DNA of 64,000 bases from Azolla caroliniana (GCA_043228905.1 JBHGNT010000010.1:4464001-4528000); one strand, 5' to 3'; counted from the stretch's first letter, positions 1-14,400 are shown. The notes: generated by a model from the sequence alone, not told the origin. Made by a program: numbers and translations.

Positions 1-808
1 AAAAGATAGAGCAATGAAGTGTACAATTGTATAAGTAGGGAATGGATTAGTTATCTTGCTAATGGCTTGATAATGATGCACATAAAGAAGAAGAGGAAGT
101 TCCCTGTGTGATATCATGCAACAAGGAGACCAATATCTCCAAGTGTATAGAAGAAAACAAGATTCCTTCTACTGGAAACTGTGACTAGTGCAGTTTCCTA
201 TGCAGTGAGCCTCCATAAAGAAAAGGCTGCTGCAACTCATTGATAATTGTTTGCTCTCTCTCTCTCTCATGGTTAATAATCTTCCTTTCGCCAATCTTGT
301 TGACCTTACATGATTTATCAAAAGATAGTATGCACCATTTTCTTGGTGAATAGATCGCATGTTACATATGAATGTCTTGCTCTTGCAGCTTCAGCTTGTC
401 TGTTGAGAGATCAAATGTTCTACCAATCCCCGTAGCTGACATATCCATTTGCCATAGTCTCCTTACTTTTTAGAATAATCAGTCAGATATGCACTTTGAC
501 CAATGTGCAACAACTACAGATGTATTTGACTGATCAGTGTGAAGACATTAAGCTCTTTTTTGTGCCATATTCCATTGTCTGCCCAACCACGGATATCACA
601 ATAATGTGTACCATGATCCATTCTTAAAGACAGGTTTGTATCTTCTGTGAAAGTTTTGTAATAATATTTGGTGGGAAACACACTTCATAATATTTATCAA
701 CAAAAAAATCTATTTGCAAAAGAGTTTGCCACCTGAGTGCACACTTGTTATATATTCTTGTACACTTGAGTGTACAAATTTTACATACATTCACAAAGGT
801 TTTCGCAG

Positions 809-3800
809 GTGAATGACGTGCTATGGGATATGTCGAGACCGTTGGTGGATGATTGTACGTTGCAGTTCTTTACCTTCGAATCAAATGAAGGACGGGATAC
901 CTTTTGGCATTCCAGTGCTCACATACTTGGCGAGGCTAGTTGTGTTTTGTCATGCATAAAAATACTTTTCATCTTTCGGCTGTATCATGCGTGCCAAATA
1001 TCTAATTCTTGCTCAAATCTGGTCTTCAGGCTCTGGAGTTAGAGTATGGTTGCAAACTATGCATTGGTCCTTGTACTACAAGGGGAGAAGTAAGTCTTCT
1101 TTGTCAACTTGTTAAATTTTTTAATATAGCATAGTTTTCAATCCTTTTACAGAGTCCTGTAATATTTTTCAGGGGTTTTATTATGACGCATACTATATGA
1201 ACTTGACACTTAATGAGGAACATTTCAAACAGATTGAGACACGAGCATCTAATGTTGTCAAAGTAAGCTCATTTTGTATATTCTGCCAATTGATAGTAAT
1301 GTGTTGCAAAGAGAAACTATAAAGTCAACTTGATAATCATGTCATATCACAGGAAAAGCAATTATTTGAACGTATTGAGGTTACTCGAGATCAAGCGAAG
1401 GATATTTTTGCAGATAACCCATTTAAAGTAATTTTTCTATTCCCTAGTCCATGCTTGATTCACCAAATGGTGGTGGCTTATTAGGATTTTGACTTGGGTT
1501 GATACAGATTGAGATAATTAACGAGCTTCCAGAAGATAAGACGATAACAGTGTACAGATGTGGACAGTTGGTTGACCTTTGTCGAGGACCCCACATTCCA
1601 AGTACATCGTATGTCAAGGCCTTTGCAGTCTTAAAGGTGCTTTTAAATATATAATACTTCTAGTGCACATTGCTGCATGTATGCTTGTCTAATACGAGCG
1701 GAAACTGTTTGTATGCAGGCATCTGCATCATATTGGAGAGGTAAAGCTGACCGCGAAAGCTTACAAAGAGTCTATGGAATATCTTATCCTGATCCCAAAA
1801 AGCTGAAGGTTTATAATCATTAACCTGTCTCTGAGACTATATGCATGTGTTATAACTTTCTTTCATATAAGATTAGTTCTCCCCTCCCAAAGTATATTAT
1901 ATTTTTGTTTCTCCTTGAAAAATGCTATCTATTGGAGTTAGAGTTATGCAAATCAGTATTCTTATCTAAATTATAATTCTGAATCCATATAATTTCTTAT
2001 CTGATGAAAAGAGGATCACAAGAAATTAGATAAATTCAGTGTTGTATATATCCATATCTATCTTTGACTATACATAAGTAATAATTTCTTTCTTTTATAT
2101 GGATGTATGAATGATAAGTCGGTGTAAACAGACATGAAAGATACATATTTTTGATTTTATAGTATACTGGGACCACCTTTTGGGAAAGCAACTTTCTGAT
2201 CCTTCTTATCATGGAGTGTTGTGAAATCTCTCATGTTATTGCTGACCTAGGCCTTGGATGTAGATTTTTATCTTTGTTGCTCAATTTTTTGATGTATTTT
2301 TTTCTCTTAGGAGTATATCCATCAAATTGAAGAAGCAAAGAAGAGAGATCACAGAATTCTGGGGCAAGCACAAGAGCTTTTCTTTTTTCACCCATTGAGG
2401 TATTGATGTTTGCCCTCTTTCTCTATCTCTCTCCAGCAGTTGATGACCTGCATGCATTCTAAATGAATGTTTGCATGTCCGTGAGTGAACCTCACTGAAA
2501 TTAATTCGATTGATTTGGTGTATTAGTATTTTTTCTCATCTATGTACCTTTGTGTATTAGTTTTTGGTCTCATCTATCTATCTATATATTATATGTACAT
2601 GCGCACACATCTATACTTATATCTGTATCTGTATCCTGTCCATATTTGTCTCAGTATGGATAACATGAATACACCCATATTTGTGATCACTATTTGTCTA
2701 AAGGCTGATTTTGGCCTGTAGTAGATGTTAGTATATCTTTCTTTCGTTCTCTCCTAGCTGCTGACTAAGTTTTTTGACTATCTATAACTGCAGTCCTGGA
2801 AGCTGTTTTTTCCTTCCCCATGGAGCTCGAATTTATAACAAGCTAGTTGAGTTCATTCGTCGCCAGTACTGGAAGGGAGGTTATCAGGAGGTCTGTCAAT
2901 AAAACAAAAACAGACTTGGGCCATTATTGTTATTTAGTTGTTATTTCCTTATGATCAATTCTGCGTTTTGTTTTTTGATTACAGGTCGTATCACCAAACA
3001 TCTTCAATATGCAGCTTTGGGAAACGTCTGGCCATGCAGCGAACTACAAAGAAAATATGTTTACTTTTGAGGTGTAGATCTAGTGCATTAAGTCTAGGGT
3101 AGTGATTAAGATTGTGTTGTTAAATAGTGACAGTCAATGCAAATTCAATATTTCAGCTCATTGTTCGTTTTGATGCTTTGGTTACCTGTGTTGCAGATTG
3201 AGAAGCAGGAATTTGGTCTTAAACCAATGAACTGTCCTTCCCATTGTTTGATGTTTCTACATAGAGTACGGTCATACAGAGGTCAATCTCCTTCTGTGTG
3301 ATTTAAACCATACTTTTCCCTTTATAGTAGTGTAACATGCCCTTGTTTATTTCTAATGCAGAATTACCAATTCGGTTTGCTGATTTTGGTGTTCTGCATC
3401 GGAATGAGCTAAGTGGGGCTTTGACAGGTCTAACTAGAGTGCGGCGCTTCCAACAGGTGGCTATTTTGAGATTAATTCTCTTCAATTTACCGTAGATTGA
3501 TTGAAATATATCTAACACCTCTTCCACCTGCAGGATGATGCACACATTTTTTGTATGGAATCTCAGGTTTGAAATATAAATTTGTGTTTAGAATCATTCA
3601 CATTAAATCTCAATATTAAGTGTGACCCTGATGGTACAGATATCAGGTGAAGTGAATGAAGTACTAAACATGCTTCAACATGTGTATGACATATTTGGAT
3701 TTACGTTTGAACTCATGCTTTCCACGGTAACTAGAAAGCTCTAAGATTTTCATCTTCTTAACTGCTCTGTTCACAATTACAATTAGGTAGGAAACCACAG

Positions 3801-5030
3801 ATCTCCATATACAATTGCTCATGTATTTACAATGGAATTGTCGATTAGAGACCTGAGAAGTACTTGGGTGAGATAGAAACATGGACACGAGCTGAGAAAG
3901 CTTTGGAAGAAGGACTGAATGCATTTGGAAAACCATGGCAGGTAATTACCTTTCTATTGGCATACCAAGCATTGCAGTGTTATGTGTTCGACATGGTAGT
4001 ACTTTATGGATGCTCATCATCTGCAGATTAATGAAGGGGATGGAGCATTCTATGGACCAAAAATTGATATTCAGGTTTTTGATGCTCTGAAAAGGAAGTT
4101 CCAATGTGGAACTCTCCAGGTATGGGGTTTTCTGTGAGTAGGTGATGTTATAGTGGCTTAGGTAGTTTTTTAATCATAAAAGTATGTACCATGCAATTGG
4201 AAAGATACTATAAAATTGTGATTGTATATTTCACAAGTATTTTGCTTTTGCACAGCTATTTTAGTTACCTGCATTTTCCCTTTCTGTTTAACTTAGTTGG
4301 ATTTTCAACTACCACAACGGTTTGAGCTCTCATACTCAGCAGAAGATGAGGCCAAGCGAGACCGGCCTGTTATGATCCATAGAGCAATATTAGGATCAGT
4401 GGAGCGCATGCTTGCCATGTTACTTGAGCATTATGCTGGAAAGTGGCCATTTTGGTTAAGCCCTCGCCAAGTGATAGTTTGCCCAGTGTCTGCGAGGTTT
4501 ATTGATTATGCTCAGAAGGTAGGTGCAATAAATTCTGTATCCTTTTAAACTATTTGTGCTGCTTTTTTCTCATTTCATTTATGGTGGACCTCTTTTTCAG
4601 GTTCGCAATGACATACATGATGCAGGCTTTTATGTGGACGTGGATAGCTCCGATAGAAAGTTGGACAAGAAGGTCCGAGTATTCATTTGATTTGTACTGG
4701 ATGAGGATAGAGAGCTATTTTAAAGTTATTATATTGTCATGCGGAAATTAACATTGTAACCCCTATGCCAGATTCGAGAGGCCCAATTAGCTCAGTACAA
4801 CTACATCCTTGTTGTAGGTGAAAAGGAGATGGCTGATGGCACGGTAAGTTCATCGAAGCTTTTGTTTCAGTTTTTGGCATCCCTGAAACTTTTTCAATGG
4901 TTTTTTTATGTTGAGGTATGAAATTATACAGGTGAATGTTCGCACTCGAGATGATAATCAGGTACGCGGTACTAAAAGCATTCAACAGATAATAGAAGAA
5001 TTCAAGGATGAAGTTGCTGCGTATCGTTGA
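809..5030 (+). CDS. THRRS: Threonyl-tRNA synthetase (cytosolic/mitochondrial type), 3' part; the 5' exons lie upstream of the window
   Basis: Exons read by hand: 809-934, 1030-1089, 1173-1262, 1353-1427, 1508-1636, 1719-1808, 2311-2399, 2794-2890, 2985-3071, 3197-3281, 3362-3456, 3534-3566, 3640-3726, 3849-3941, 4027-4119, 4297-4518, 4601-4672, 4772-4843, 4932-5030 (TGA). They join in frame and give ThrRS motifs [17 protein letters not shown], KPMNCPx[47 protein letters not shown] and anticodon domain [19 protein letters not shown]. Confidence 0.96.
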
Positions 5031-5906
5031 GGTACATCTCCAAGTAGACTGGTGAGACTTTTCTATATATAAGAATGGTTTCTTAGTTTTGACATCATTG
5101 TCTCTATTTTTATTGCTATCGCTCACACAATTTTGCCAATTTAATATTATATTAATACGTCCCATAATTATGTTTGCAGAGAGGGCAGATACCTAATTAT
5201 GGAATTCATCCCATAATTGTGTGAGCAAGCATGCTCATGGAATCTATGTTACATAAAACAAGCATGTAGGATAGGAGGGAGAGAGAGAGAGAGTTGATTC
5301 TTACAATTTCGAAATTTGTTGGATTAAAATTTTGTTAGGAACAAGCATTCAAGAAGACTATTCAACACTAATTATGTTTTCCATCTGGTAATTTAAAACA
5401 CTTTTGCTCCTTTAATAAAAACATATTCGCCATCTTAAGTTCTGGCAGGAATTTCCTGAAGAATATTCAGTTACGAAAAGCAAGAGGAATTGATAGATGT
5501 TTTTCATTGAATTCTAAGTTTAATTTTAGTGGCATTACGAAGTGCAGCTACCATCATAGTCACCCCTTAATGTTGATGTTAGATATCAAATGTTACAAAG
5601 ATATCTGAGTTGTGTAAACCACACAGCCATGACTCATATACATATAAACAGCGAGGATATCATTTGAAGCTGGAAACACGAGTAAGCAAAAGGTTGGAGT
5701 ACATAGTGAATGAAATTTGTTTTCTGCTCCTAAATCACATGGAATGTGTTTTCTATTCCTGAAATTTACTATTGTAATTATGCTTACCTACTTCTCTTTT
5801 ATGGTGTCTCCAAAAAGGATGGATCTTGTTGATAATGGAGCAATTTTCATAGCCTAGTTGTGGAGAAGTGCAGCAATTCCATCACTCAGACATGGTTTGT
5901 TTTGAA

Positions 5907-6875
5907 GGGAGGTGCAAATGAGATTGACCAATGTTTATAATGAATGTTATGTTAGCCTTGAAAATGAAGAGGATATGTATTATGTTAGCCTTGGAAATGA
6001 AGAGTTAGATTTTTTTTGCCTTACTTCACCTACAAAAAGGTTTGATCTGGTTGATAATGTAGAGATCTTCATAGCCTAGTTGTGGGCAAGTGGAACAATT
6101 TCATCACCAAGAAATGGTTCGTTTTGAAGTGGAAAATCGAAATGCAAATGCCATTGACCAATGTTTCTTGTTAGTGAGGAAAATGAAGAGGGTATATATT
6201 ATCTTGGCCTTGCCATAAAAATGTTTGATGGGAGGTGCAAATGAGATTGACCAATGTTTATAATGAATGTTATGTTAGCCTTGAAAATGAAGAGGATATG
6301 TATTATGTTAGCCTTGGAAATGAAGAGTTAGATTTTTTTTGCCTTACTTCACCTACAAAAAGGTTTGATCTGGTTGATAATGTAGAGATCTTCATAGCCT
6401 AGTTGTGGGCAAGTGGAACAATTTCATCACCAAGAAATGGTTTGTTTTGAAGTGGAAAATTGAAATGCAAATGCCATTGACCAATGTTTCTTGTTAGTGA
6501 GGAAAATGAAGAGGGTATATATTATCTTGGCCTTGCCATAAAAATGTTTGATGGGAGGTGCAAATGAGATTGACCAATGTTTATAATGAATGTTATGTTA
6601 GCCTTGAAAATGAAGAGGATATGTATTATGTTAGCCTTGGAAATGAAGAGTTAGATTTTTTTTGCCTTACTTCACCTACAAAAAGGTTTGATCTGGTTGA
6701 TAATGTAGAGATCTTCTTAGCCTAGTTGTGGGCAAGTGGAACAATTTCATCACCAAGAAATGGTTCGTTTTGAAGTGGAAAATTGAAATGCAAATGTCAT
6801 TGACCAATGTTTCTTGTTAGTGAGGAAAATGAAGAGGGTATATATTATCTTGGCCTTGCCATAAAAATGTTTGAT
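5907..6875. repeat. Tandem repeat, 3 x 323 bp
   Basis: GGGAGGTGCAAATGAGATTGACC starts at 5907, 6230 and 6553; the copies are near-identical. Confidence 0.93.
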
Positions 6876-8369
6876 CATATAAAGCTCATCAATTTACTTT
6901 GTATTGCTTTTGCAAATAATTTGAAATGACACATTGTTTGATTGTGAATAATGTGTTTAGGCCATGAATCAGAATGAAGTGAAAGTAGGCATAAATTTCA
7001 ATTGTAGGCGTTTTTTTCCTTATTCATCACTCCTCGAGAACGAAGTGAAAGTAGGCATAAAACTCCTTGAGTGCAATGTAATCATATTTGTGATAAGTTC
7101 CTTGTTTTGTGTACATGGGTGTTGCACATTTCGGAAAGGTGTGTTCATACTATAAATATTGGTACAAAGTTTAATCACGTTCTTGTAACCAAACATTGGT
7201 CTTTTGAATAGAATGCCATGTCTGCAAGATTGTCCTGAGTCCAAAGTACATGGAATTGCATGAAGCTATAAATCACAATAGAATAAAGACAATCCAATAA
7301 GTGGCTTCATAAGAGCGAACAATTGTTCAATGGTTTTTCTCATTTGTCACAAAAAGAATGCCTTATGTTCGAGCTTGATGGTTAAAGCAATTCCTTTATT
7401 GCTTTTAGCAAGCATATGTGGAATCAACATAAACTAAGCAAACAAATGTACTTATGATTTTAAAAATAACATTTTTGTGTGAAAAGGTAATACATAAACT
7501 AAGTCTCATGGGCACATGACATATAATCATCAAGAATCCTTGTGAAATGTTGATTCATAACACTTCTTTAATCAAAATAATTAGTTTTGAAAGAGTGCAA
7601 CCAACAGAAAGAATAGAAAACTTGATCCCGAGTGACATCGTTATGATTAGTGATATACTCATGGACATGAGCAAAAACAAAACTTGGTGCACAACACCAT
7701 TATCCCTAAAAAATCTTCCTACGTGGTAAGGAAATATCTAGGATTAGGCACTATGCAAAAAACAAGTGTTGCACAAGTGTATATCAATTTCTTGTTTCTT
7801 TCAACTATTCTAAGAATCCTACAACTATGCCCCAAGGCCCAAGGATAGAGGGATGCAAATGAGGAAAGTAATGAGTCATTGTTTGAAAGAAGAAAGAAGG
7901 AGTTCACAAGTGTATAAGCACCTAAACATCCAACAATAAAAAACCTAACCATGGTGTACATCATAATCTTGGAAAACTTGGAAATGGAAGGAAAATAATA
8001 TGTTTTTAATTGTACTAAAACACATGCCTAGAGAAGATACACAACCATAGGGCACACATGGTTCAATTATCGAAAGATTCATGAAAAACACATAAAACAT
8101 TAGAGGACAAACATACTCCAACAAAAGCAGTCAAACAATAAAACATTGAGGCACGTTCTAAGTAGCTAAAATTAATCATTATCTTCTAAAAGAAGGGGAT
8201 TGTGGAATAATACAGAAACATCATTAATAATATAAGGATTCATTTCGGATGAAAAGTTAGAACCATTCATATGAAGGGACACGTTTCAACCATAAATACA
8301 CTCAATAGAATACACTATAATTCAATACATTTTAACTTTCTTCTAATATATGCAGATATTCGTGCATCC

Positions 8370-8770
8370 TCATAGGAAGACAATGTCACAATGCTAGCTG
8401 ATTTGACGAGTATACCAAACATTTTCATGACACTAATGATTGCATTATTGACATCTTATTCAAAGAAATTTGTTATTGTCTACGTGGATGGTATCCTTGC
8501 CAATTGTATGTAAGACTTTGATAATCTTCCAAAGAGTTTTTATCTCATTCATAATAATCACGTTATCACAAATAAATTGAAATGTAACTTCCTTCTTTTT
8601 GTGACTTATAACATACAATAATTCGGTGTGAAATTAAAGACTTTGAATCTCTTCTTAAGTGGTCATTGTCAAGAAGATTGAGGAACTTTACTCATTTCTT
8701 GAAGTATTTAGATTTCATAGAAACTTGGTCTTTGAAATTATCACTAGTTCGTTGAAGGGAAAGGAAAGTG
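8370..8770 (+). pseudogene. Highly degenerate Ty3/gypsy reverse transcriptase remnant
   Basis: Translation near 8420-8500 gives FMTLMIALLTSYSKKFVIVYVDGIL (gypsy KFVIVYLDDIL). Near 8680, EELYSFLEVFRFHRN resembles ELRSFLGLANYYRRF. Confidence 0.55.
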
Positions 8771-8959
8771 TTTCAAGGGAAATAGAGCAATGCCATCCTT
8801 AATAAGCCTTGTCTTATAGAAACAAAGACATTAGGAAAGTAAGGTAAAATATCAAAGTATTGTAACAATGCCAATTGTATATTCAGATTAAAAAATTTGT
8901 GTTTAAGGAAAAAATGTTGCAATCGCAAAAGAGAGTTGCATGTATCTATTGGTTGGATC

Positions 8960-11607
8960 CCTAGAAGATTTTGGATTGTGACATTGGCCTTCCACTTGGC
9001 AAATTTGTACCCCCTATATTGTGAACTCTAATTTCTCTTCAGAAAGAGGCTAGAGAGGAGTTGGTAAGGTGTCAATCCCAACTGCAACGCTTGAGGAAGG
9101 CAGTCATCTCAGCCCAAAAGCTTACGCAAGTGGACCCACACTATTCTTGGGCGAAAGATAGACTGCAGGAAGCCACAAGGGTGTTGTAGGAGATTAGGTA
9201 GCAAAGGGAGCAATTCCTCTTCAGAAAGTCGGCAACATGGTGCACTATCAAGGGAGATAAAGTTAACATGGAGTTTTTTCTTACCAAGGTTCCAAAACTG
9301 AAGGGAAAGCCTATTCTAAGTCTTAAGCGAGAGGATGATTCATTGACAACTGACCAAGATGAAATCTTGCAAATGGCAACAGGCAGAGCCGGTATGGAAA
9401 CCAAATGTTGAATTCAGATGGATTGCAAAAAGGGAAGGCACCAGATATCTAGGAATGTGGATTGGTGTAGACATCAACAAAAGAATACAATTGCAACAAA
9501 TTCAAAGTAAAATTTGTGACAAAATTCGCATCTGGTCAGGGATGAATATATCATTAGCTAGCAGGATCATAGTAGCTAACCATGTGCTCTTGTTTACGCT
9601 GTGGCATGCGGTTTCAGTGTGGATGTTTGACAAACATGCTATTCGTATTGTTAAAGCGTGTATCAAGGGTTTCTATGGGCTGGGAATAGGAAAGACAACG
9701 TGACAACTAAAGTATCATGGTCTACGTTGATTCTTCCCAAAAATAAGGGGGGGTTTAGGATTGATCGACCTTGGAGGACAAAGTCAATCATTGCTATGTA
9801 AGGTATTCGTAAGGAGCTTGCTACCCGGAAATGAGTTATGGAAAACGTTGATTTTTAATAGAAGCATCCTTTGGAGTCCACAACTTGGTGGGCATTGGAA
9901 GCCACATAAATCATGGTTATTTTGTATGGACTTAAAGCTTAGGAAATCTAATTGGTTGGCTGATCGCACATGCATGTTAGTGATGAAGGCGTGGGGTATG
10001 GTCCGTGGGCATCTTAACCGTATAGGTCCAAGTACTAATGCTAAATGGATGCACCAACCCCTATTGTGGAACGAGACCTTAAAGTTGACTGAGGGGAAGA
10101 TGCTTGGCTAGAGCAAGGGTATGTCGTGGGCTATATTGCATGGTGTTGGGATTCAGTCAATGGAAAATTGGATGCAGTTGTCCCCTAGTAATCGGGATAA
10201 ATTATATGAAGACGCGGGAAAGTTCAGAAATGATAGGAAGATGCTTGACCTAGTCGATAAAGTTGTCTACTCTATTCCTATTAGTAATGGGGAAGAGGGT
10301 GAATGGTTCATACAATGTGCTGATGCCGGAAAACTGATCAATGTCAAGGGTCTAGGAAAGAATGGGAAGATCATCCAGTTGGGATTAGTAGTTGCAGGTG
10401 CTCGTTGGTTCCCGATTAGATTTGTGGCACGAGACAGTAAGAAATGGAAGGTGAATCCATCAATCAATGAGGTTGAGGAGGATTGGATCTTGTATGTTGT
10501 TGAAGGCAAGCCACTCGAGTGTTTAGAATGGGATCCTGCAGAATATACGTGGAGGGACGAACAAGGTAAATCATGTGGTTTCTTTGACTACTCAACTTGC
10601 TTGGGGAGACATTTATGCTGGCATCGTGAGAAGATTGTCAACAAATCAACCCATGTAGCTGTCGACTCGGTCTTCGTGGATAAAACCAGGAGCAGGATAT
10701 GGAACTCATCCCTCCCCGAGAGGGTCAAGGTGTTTTTTGGTTAATCACCCATCGGGCTGCTCCAACTAAAGAGTGGTTGTGGAAAAGGGGTGACATGAGT
10801 AATAGCAAGGCTTGTGGAGCGAGTTTGGAGGAAATCGCACATTATTTATGGAGTTGCCCACGAGCCCAAGAAGTTTGGACGAGGAGCTTAAGAATTTTGG
10901 CTTGATGCGGGATTGAAGTTCAACTATCCAGTGCAGCAGTTGTTTGGTTAGCTACTGAATCGGCTGCATGGTTTCATGGGTGGAATGGAAATAATCCTTC
11001 TTTAAAGGTGGTGAATGGAACTGTAGAACCTGTAGCTCAAGGAGGTTCATTATACATACAGGAACAATATGTAGATATTTGGTTTTTAGTGGCTGGCTTT
11101 ACTGTTTGGCAAGTGTGGGTATCTAGGTGCAAGGAGTTGTTTACCGAGAAGCAAACCCCATCGACTGAGAGTTTAATGATGATTTGGTTTAATCCGATTT
11201 CTATGTTACAATGAAAGTTTGACAACCTTCAGGGGCCCTCTGATGCAAGTGAATAAGCTAGATACCGCTCCCTCCTTAAATGGAGAGGTTCTCTGATGCT
11301 ACAAATGGTGGATGGCAATGCAAAGTGGATTTATCAGCAATCCCGGTGGCTATTTCCTCCAAAGGTACCAAACATAGAGGTGGGCGCTGAATTGTGAAGA
11401 GATTGGAGGGTGTCTTTGCTGAATGTGGGTTGTGTGAGGCTCATGTTGTGGGGATTCTGTCGAGTAATTCTGTGATGAGGTTTTGTTGCTTCATTTATAC
11501 ATGTTTTCTTGTAGTCATGCAAAGTGGCTTGTAACATATGAGTTGTATATTATCCTATGTACTTTTTCTTAACTAATGGAAGTAGAAATTTTATTGGAAA
11601 AAAAAAA
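8960..11607 (+). mobile_element. L1-type LINE, 5'-truncated and internally deleted ORF2 with zf-RVT and poly(A) tail
   Basis: Frameshifted ORFs 9359-9703, 9761-10111, 10121-10744, 10699-10905, 11008-11214 contain RYLG, SLASRIIVANHVL, LPKNKGGLGL, IWNSSLPERVKVF and HYLWSCPRAQEVW. The A-tail is at 11598-11607. Confidence 0.85.
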
Positions 11608-13799
11608 CTTATTTTCTTATTTCTCATGTTAAAAATGCATCCTTTTCCCATTCAATTGGTGTGTAGTTCTAGATGGTTCCTTGATGTATATAAACAATAT
11701 GAAAACTTCGAAGCTTACAGAACTCCATAGGTATGAAACCATATTCATACAAGTCCAAGCTAAACATAACATGTACATGATTATGACGGGAGATAGCATC
11801 AAAGCCAGAAATTAAGCAGAAGGAAATGTCCACTTGAAATCAACGGATGGAAATGTTTAGAAGACTTTAAAACCTACAAAAGCCCATAACTATGAAGCCA
11901 TAATTATGCAAATCCTATGCAACAAAACCATATGATACATGACAACCTACATGGCCCGCTCAAAAAATGTGGTGGAAGGTCTTGATAAGTGTACAAATTT
12001 CAGAAAGATTATAGCGTCAAGTTGTTAGGGTAATAAATAATTTTGGTTGAATATTCTAAATCAAACATTTGGCTCACTTAAAGTGTTGGTCTTATGGCCC
12101 CACTAAATATGTAACATTAAAGCTTTACATTGAATGATATTTTTCATGATCTATAACTTATATCTTGTTCCCATCACATACAATAGAATATTGAACCTTG
12201 GTGAATGTCTCAAGTTCCATCAGCACTTTGGAGGCTTTGAAGTTGTAACTCTACCCTAATAATGATACTCATAAGGGGGAATGACAAACATCTTATTTTT
12301 TGAGTTACTTTCAACAACGATCATCTCTTTGTGTCTCTTGTTTTATCGAGTGTTGGAATGTGATTAAATGAGCCCAAGTTTTTCTAGAGAGAGCCACAAC
12401 AATTTACAAACTATGTAGCATGTATCCTAATTAGGGGATATCACAAGGGAGAGCCAAATCTAGGCCATCTTCATGTGTGTTTGGATCTCCATCCGTCATC
12501 ATTTAGTAAGGTTGGGATACTCATATGTTACAAACACCATGCAAATAATTTTGGAATGATGACCAGAATGCCAATTTGGGAAACTTCAATAGTAAAACAC
12601 TCTCGAATTATATATATTGTATGATATTGCATTTCAAGGCTCGAGTTAGTAGATTTTCATTATAATAATTTAAGATTGCTAGTGTAGGTTGTGGGTTTGA
12701 ATCATTGCTTCTACACATCTTGCATAAAACTTGTACCACGACTTCGGTTATGTTTTTGATTCTCTAATGTTTCACACATTTGCTACATATGTCGCACCAA
12801 ATTTCAATGCCATCTTCTTCTCTAAACAAGGAGATCACACTCACAGGTACACGTTAGAGCCATTGTTTTGATTGCCATCTCTACCATTTCTTCCTCATGA
12901 CTTAGCTCACATTCACTTGTATGTGAGATTGGGCATCGGGGGCAAGTGAGGACACTTGTCAGTCTATGCATTTTTGTCATCGAACAAGTTTGTGAGTTTG
13001 AGAATTCACGGTTTGTTTAGAATGTTCCACACTTTGTCAACCTGAGTCCAATCCCTACACTTGCATTTCTCTCAAACAACCACAATGTGTGCTTTCAAAT
13101 ATATCGTCACATTCACTAGTAAAATTCACAAACATCGCAAGCCACTACTAAGGGGCCGCAACAATTATGTGTTTCACATTCGGTTCCATGGTTCATATTT
13201 AAATTTTTGTGGACAATAATGATACTACATCTCTCTCTCTCTCTCTCTCTCTCTCGTAAATGTATGTTTATATTAAAACAACATGATAATACAAAAAAAA
13301 CCTTGCTATCAAAACTACGTCAAAGATAGCGATGTGGCAAGGGCAACCTTCTAAGGTGCTGCAATTCAAAGTGACATAAATGTACAAAGTTCCCATACAA
13401 CATAACTGTGAAAATTGCCAAATCAACTTTCCTCTTATCCTACATATCTGTTGAGATACTCCAGAAAGCCCATCAAATAAGAAACCATTTCGCAAGTTCC
13501 AAATATACTACATGTCCAAGTACCGCAAATAATCAAACACAAACTTATACTCTAGGGATGGTAAAACTCTCTCTCTCTCTTGGGTAAAAGTACACAATTA
13601 TATTAATTGTATGTAAAATCCACTTACAACACTACGTTCTACGTTCACTACATATACGATGTCTTATATCATTCTCTTTTCATCTTTCAATACCCTTCTT
13701 TGTGGTTTTCATGGGTCATTGTAATGTTTTCAGCATAATCATTTTGTCATGTATGCAAAATTTCTACTAATGAAGAATAATTTTTCAAAAAAAAAACAT

Positions 13800-14400
13800 C
13801 CCCTTACAAAACTTATTATTCTCCTCTACCCATCTATCCTATGTAGGGAGATGGACGTCCTGTAATGCCATTGGAAAACCTGAATATGAATTTGAGGAAA
13901 TGATCCCCACATGGGGCCCACATGCTCTGACATCCAAAAATTACACATAAGAATACCTTTCAACTTCTTCATATACGCTTTCACCCCATGTTTACTATCA
14001 AACACGAAAGCATTATGCATATTCCAATTGTGTTGTAGTCCCCAATAACGTAAAAATTGGAACAATATCTCCATGTCATCATTTGAATCATTTTGTCAAA
14101 CATACTTAAAAAAAACTCATTGTTGAGGTCTCAAATAATAACGGGTTAAAACTTGCCAAATGTCCGATAAATACTTCCAAATGGTACACACTATAGGACG
14201 TTTAATGAACCTATGTGTACTGTCCTCCAACTGAATGATGCAAAAGAAACAAGTGCCTGACCCTAGTCCTCGTCTCTTTAAGGCTGAACCTAATGGGAGC
14301 CCACCAATCAATGAATCTCCATATGAATACCTACGAAATTGCAAACGGGAATGCCACCGTGTTGTAATATTTGCCACTATGTTGCGTTCATCTTACATAC
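13800..14400 (-). mobile_element. LINE 3' fragment (zf-RVT region)
   Basis: ORF 14117-14377 reads GLPLGSALKRRGLGSGTCFFCIIQLEDSTHRF...IWKYL (zf-RVT-like) and continues in 13826-14074. Confidence 0.7.

Noticed and set aside
3221-3247. KPMNCPSHC instead of KPMNCPGHC in ThrRS
   Set aside because: The zinc-ligand Cys is intact and this position varies among ThrRS enzymes.
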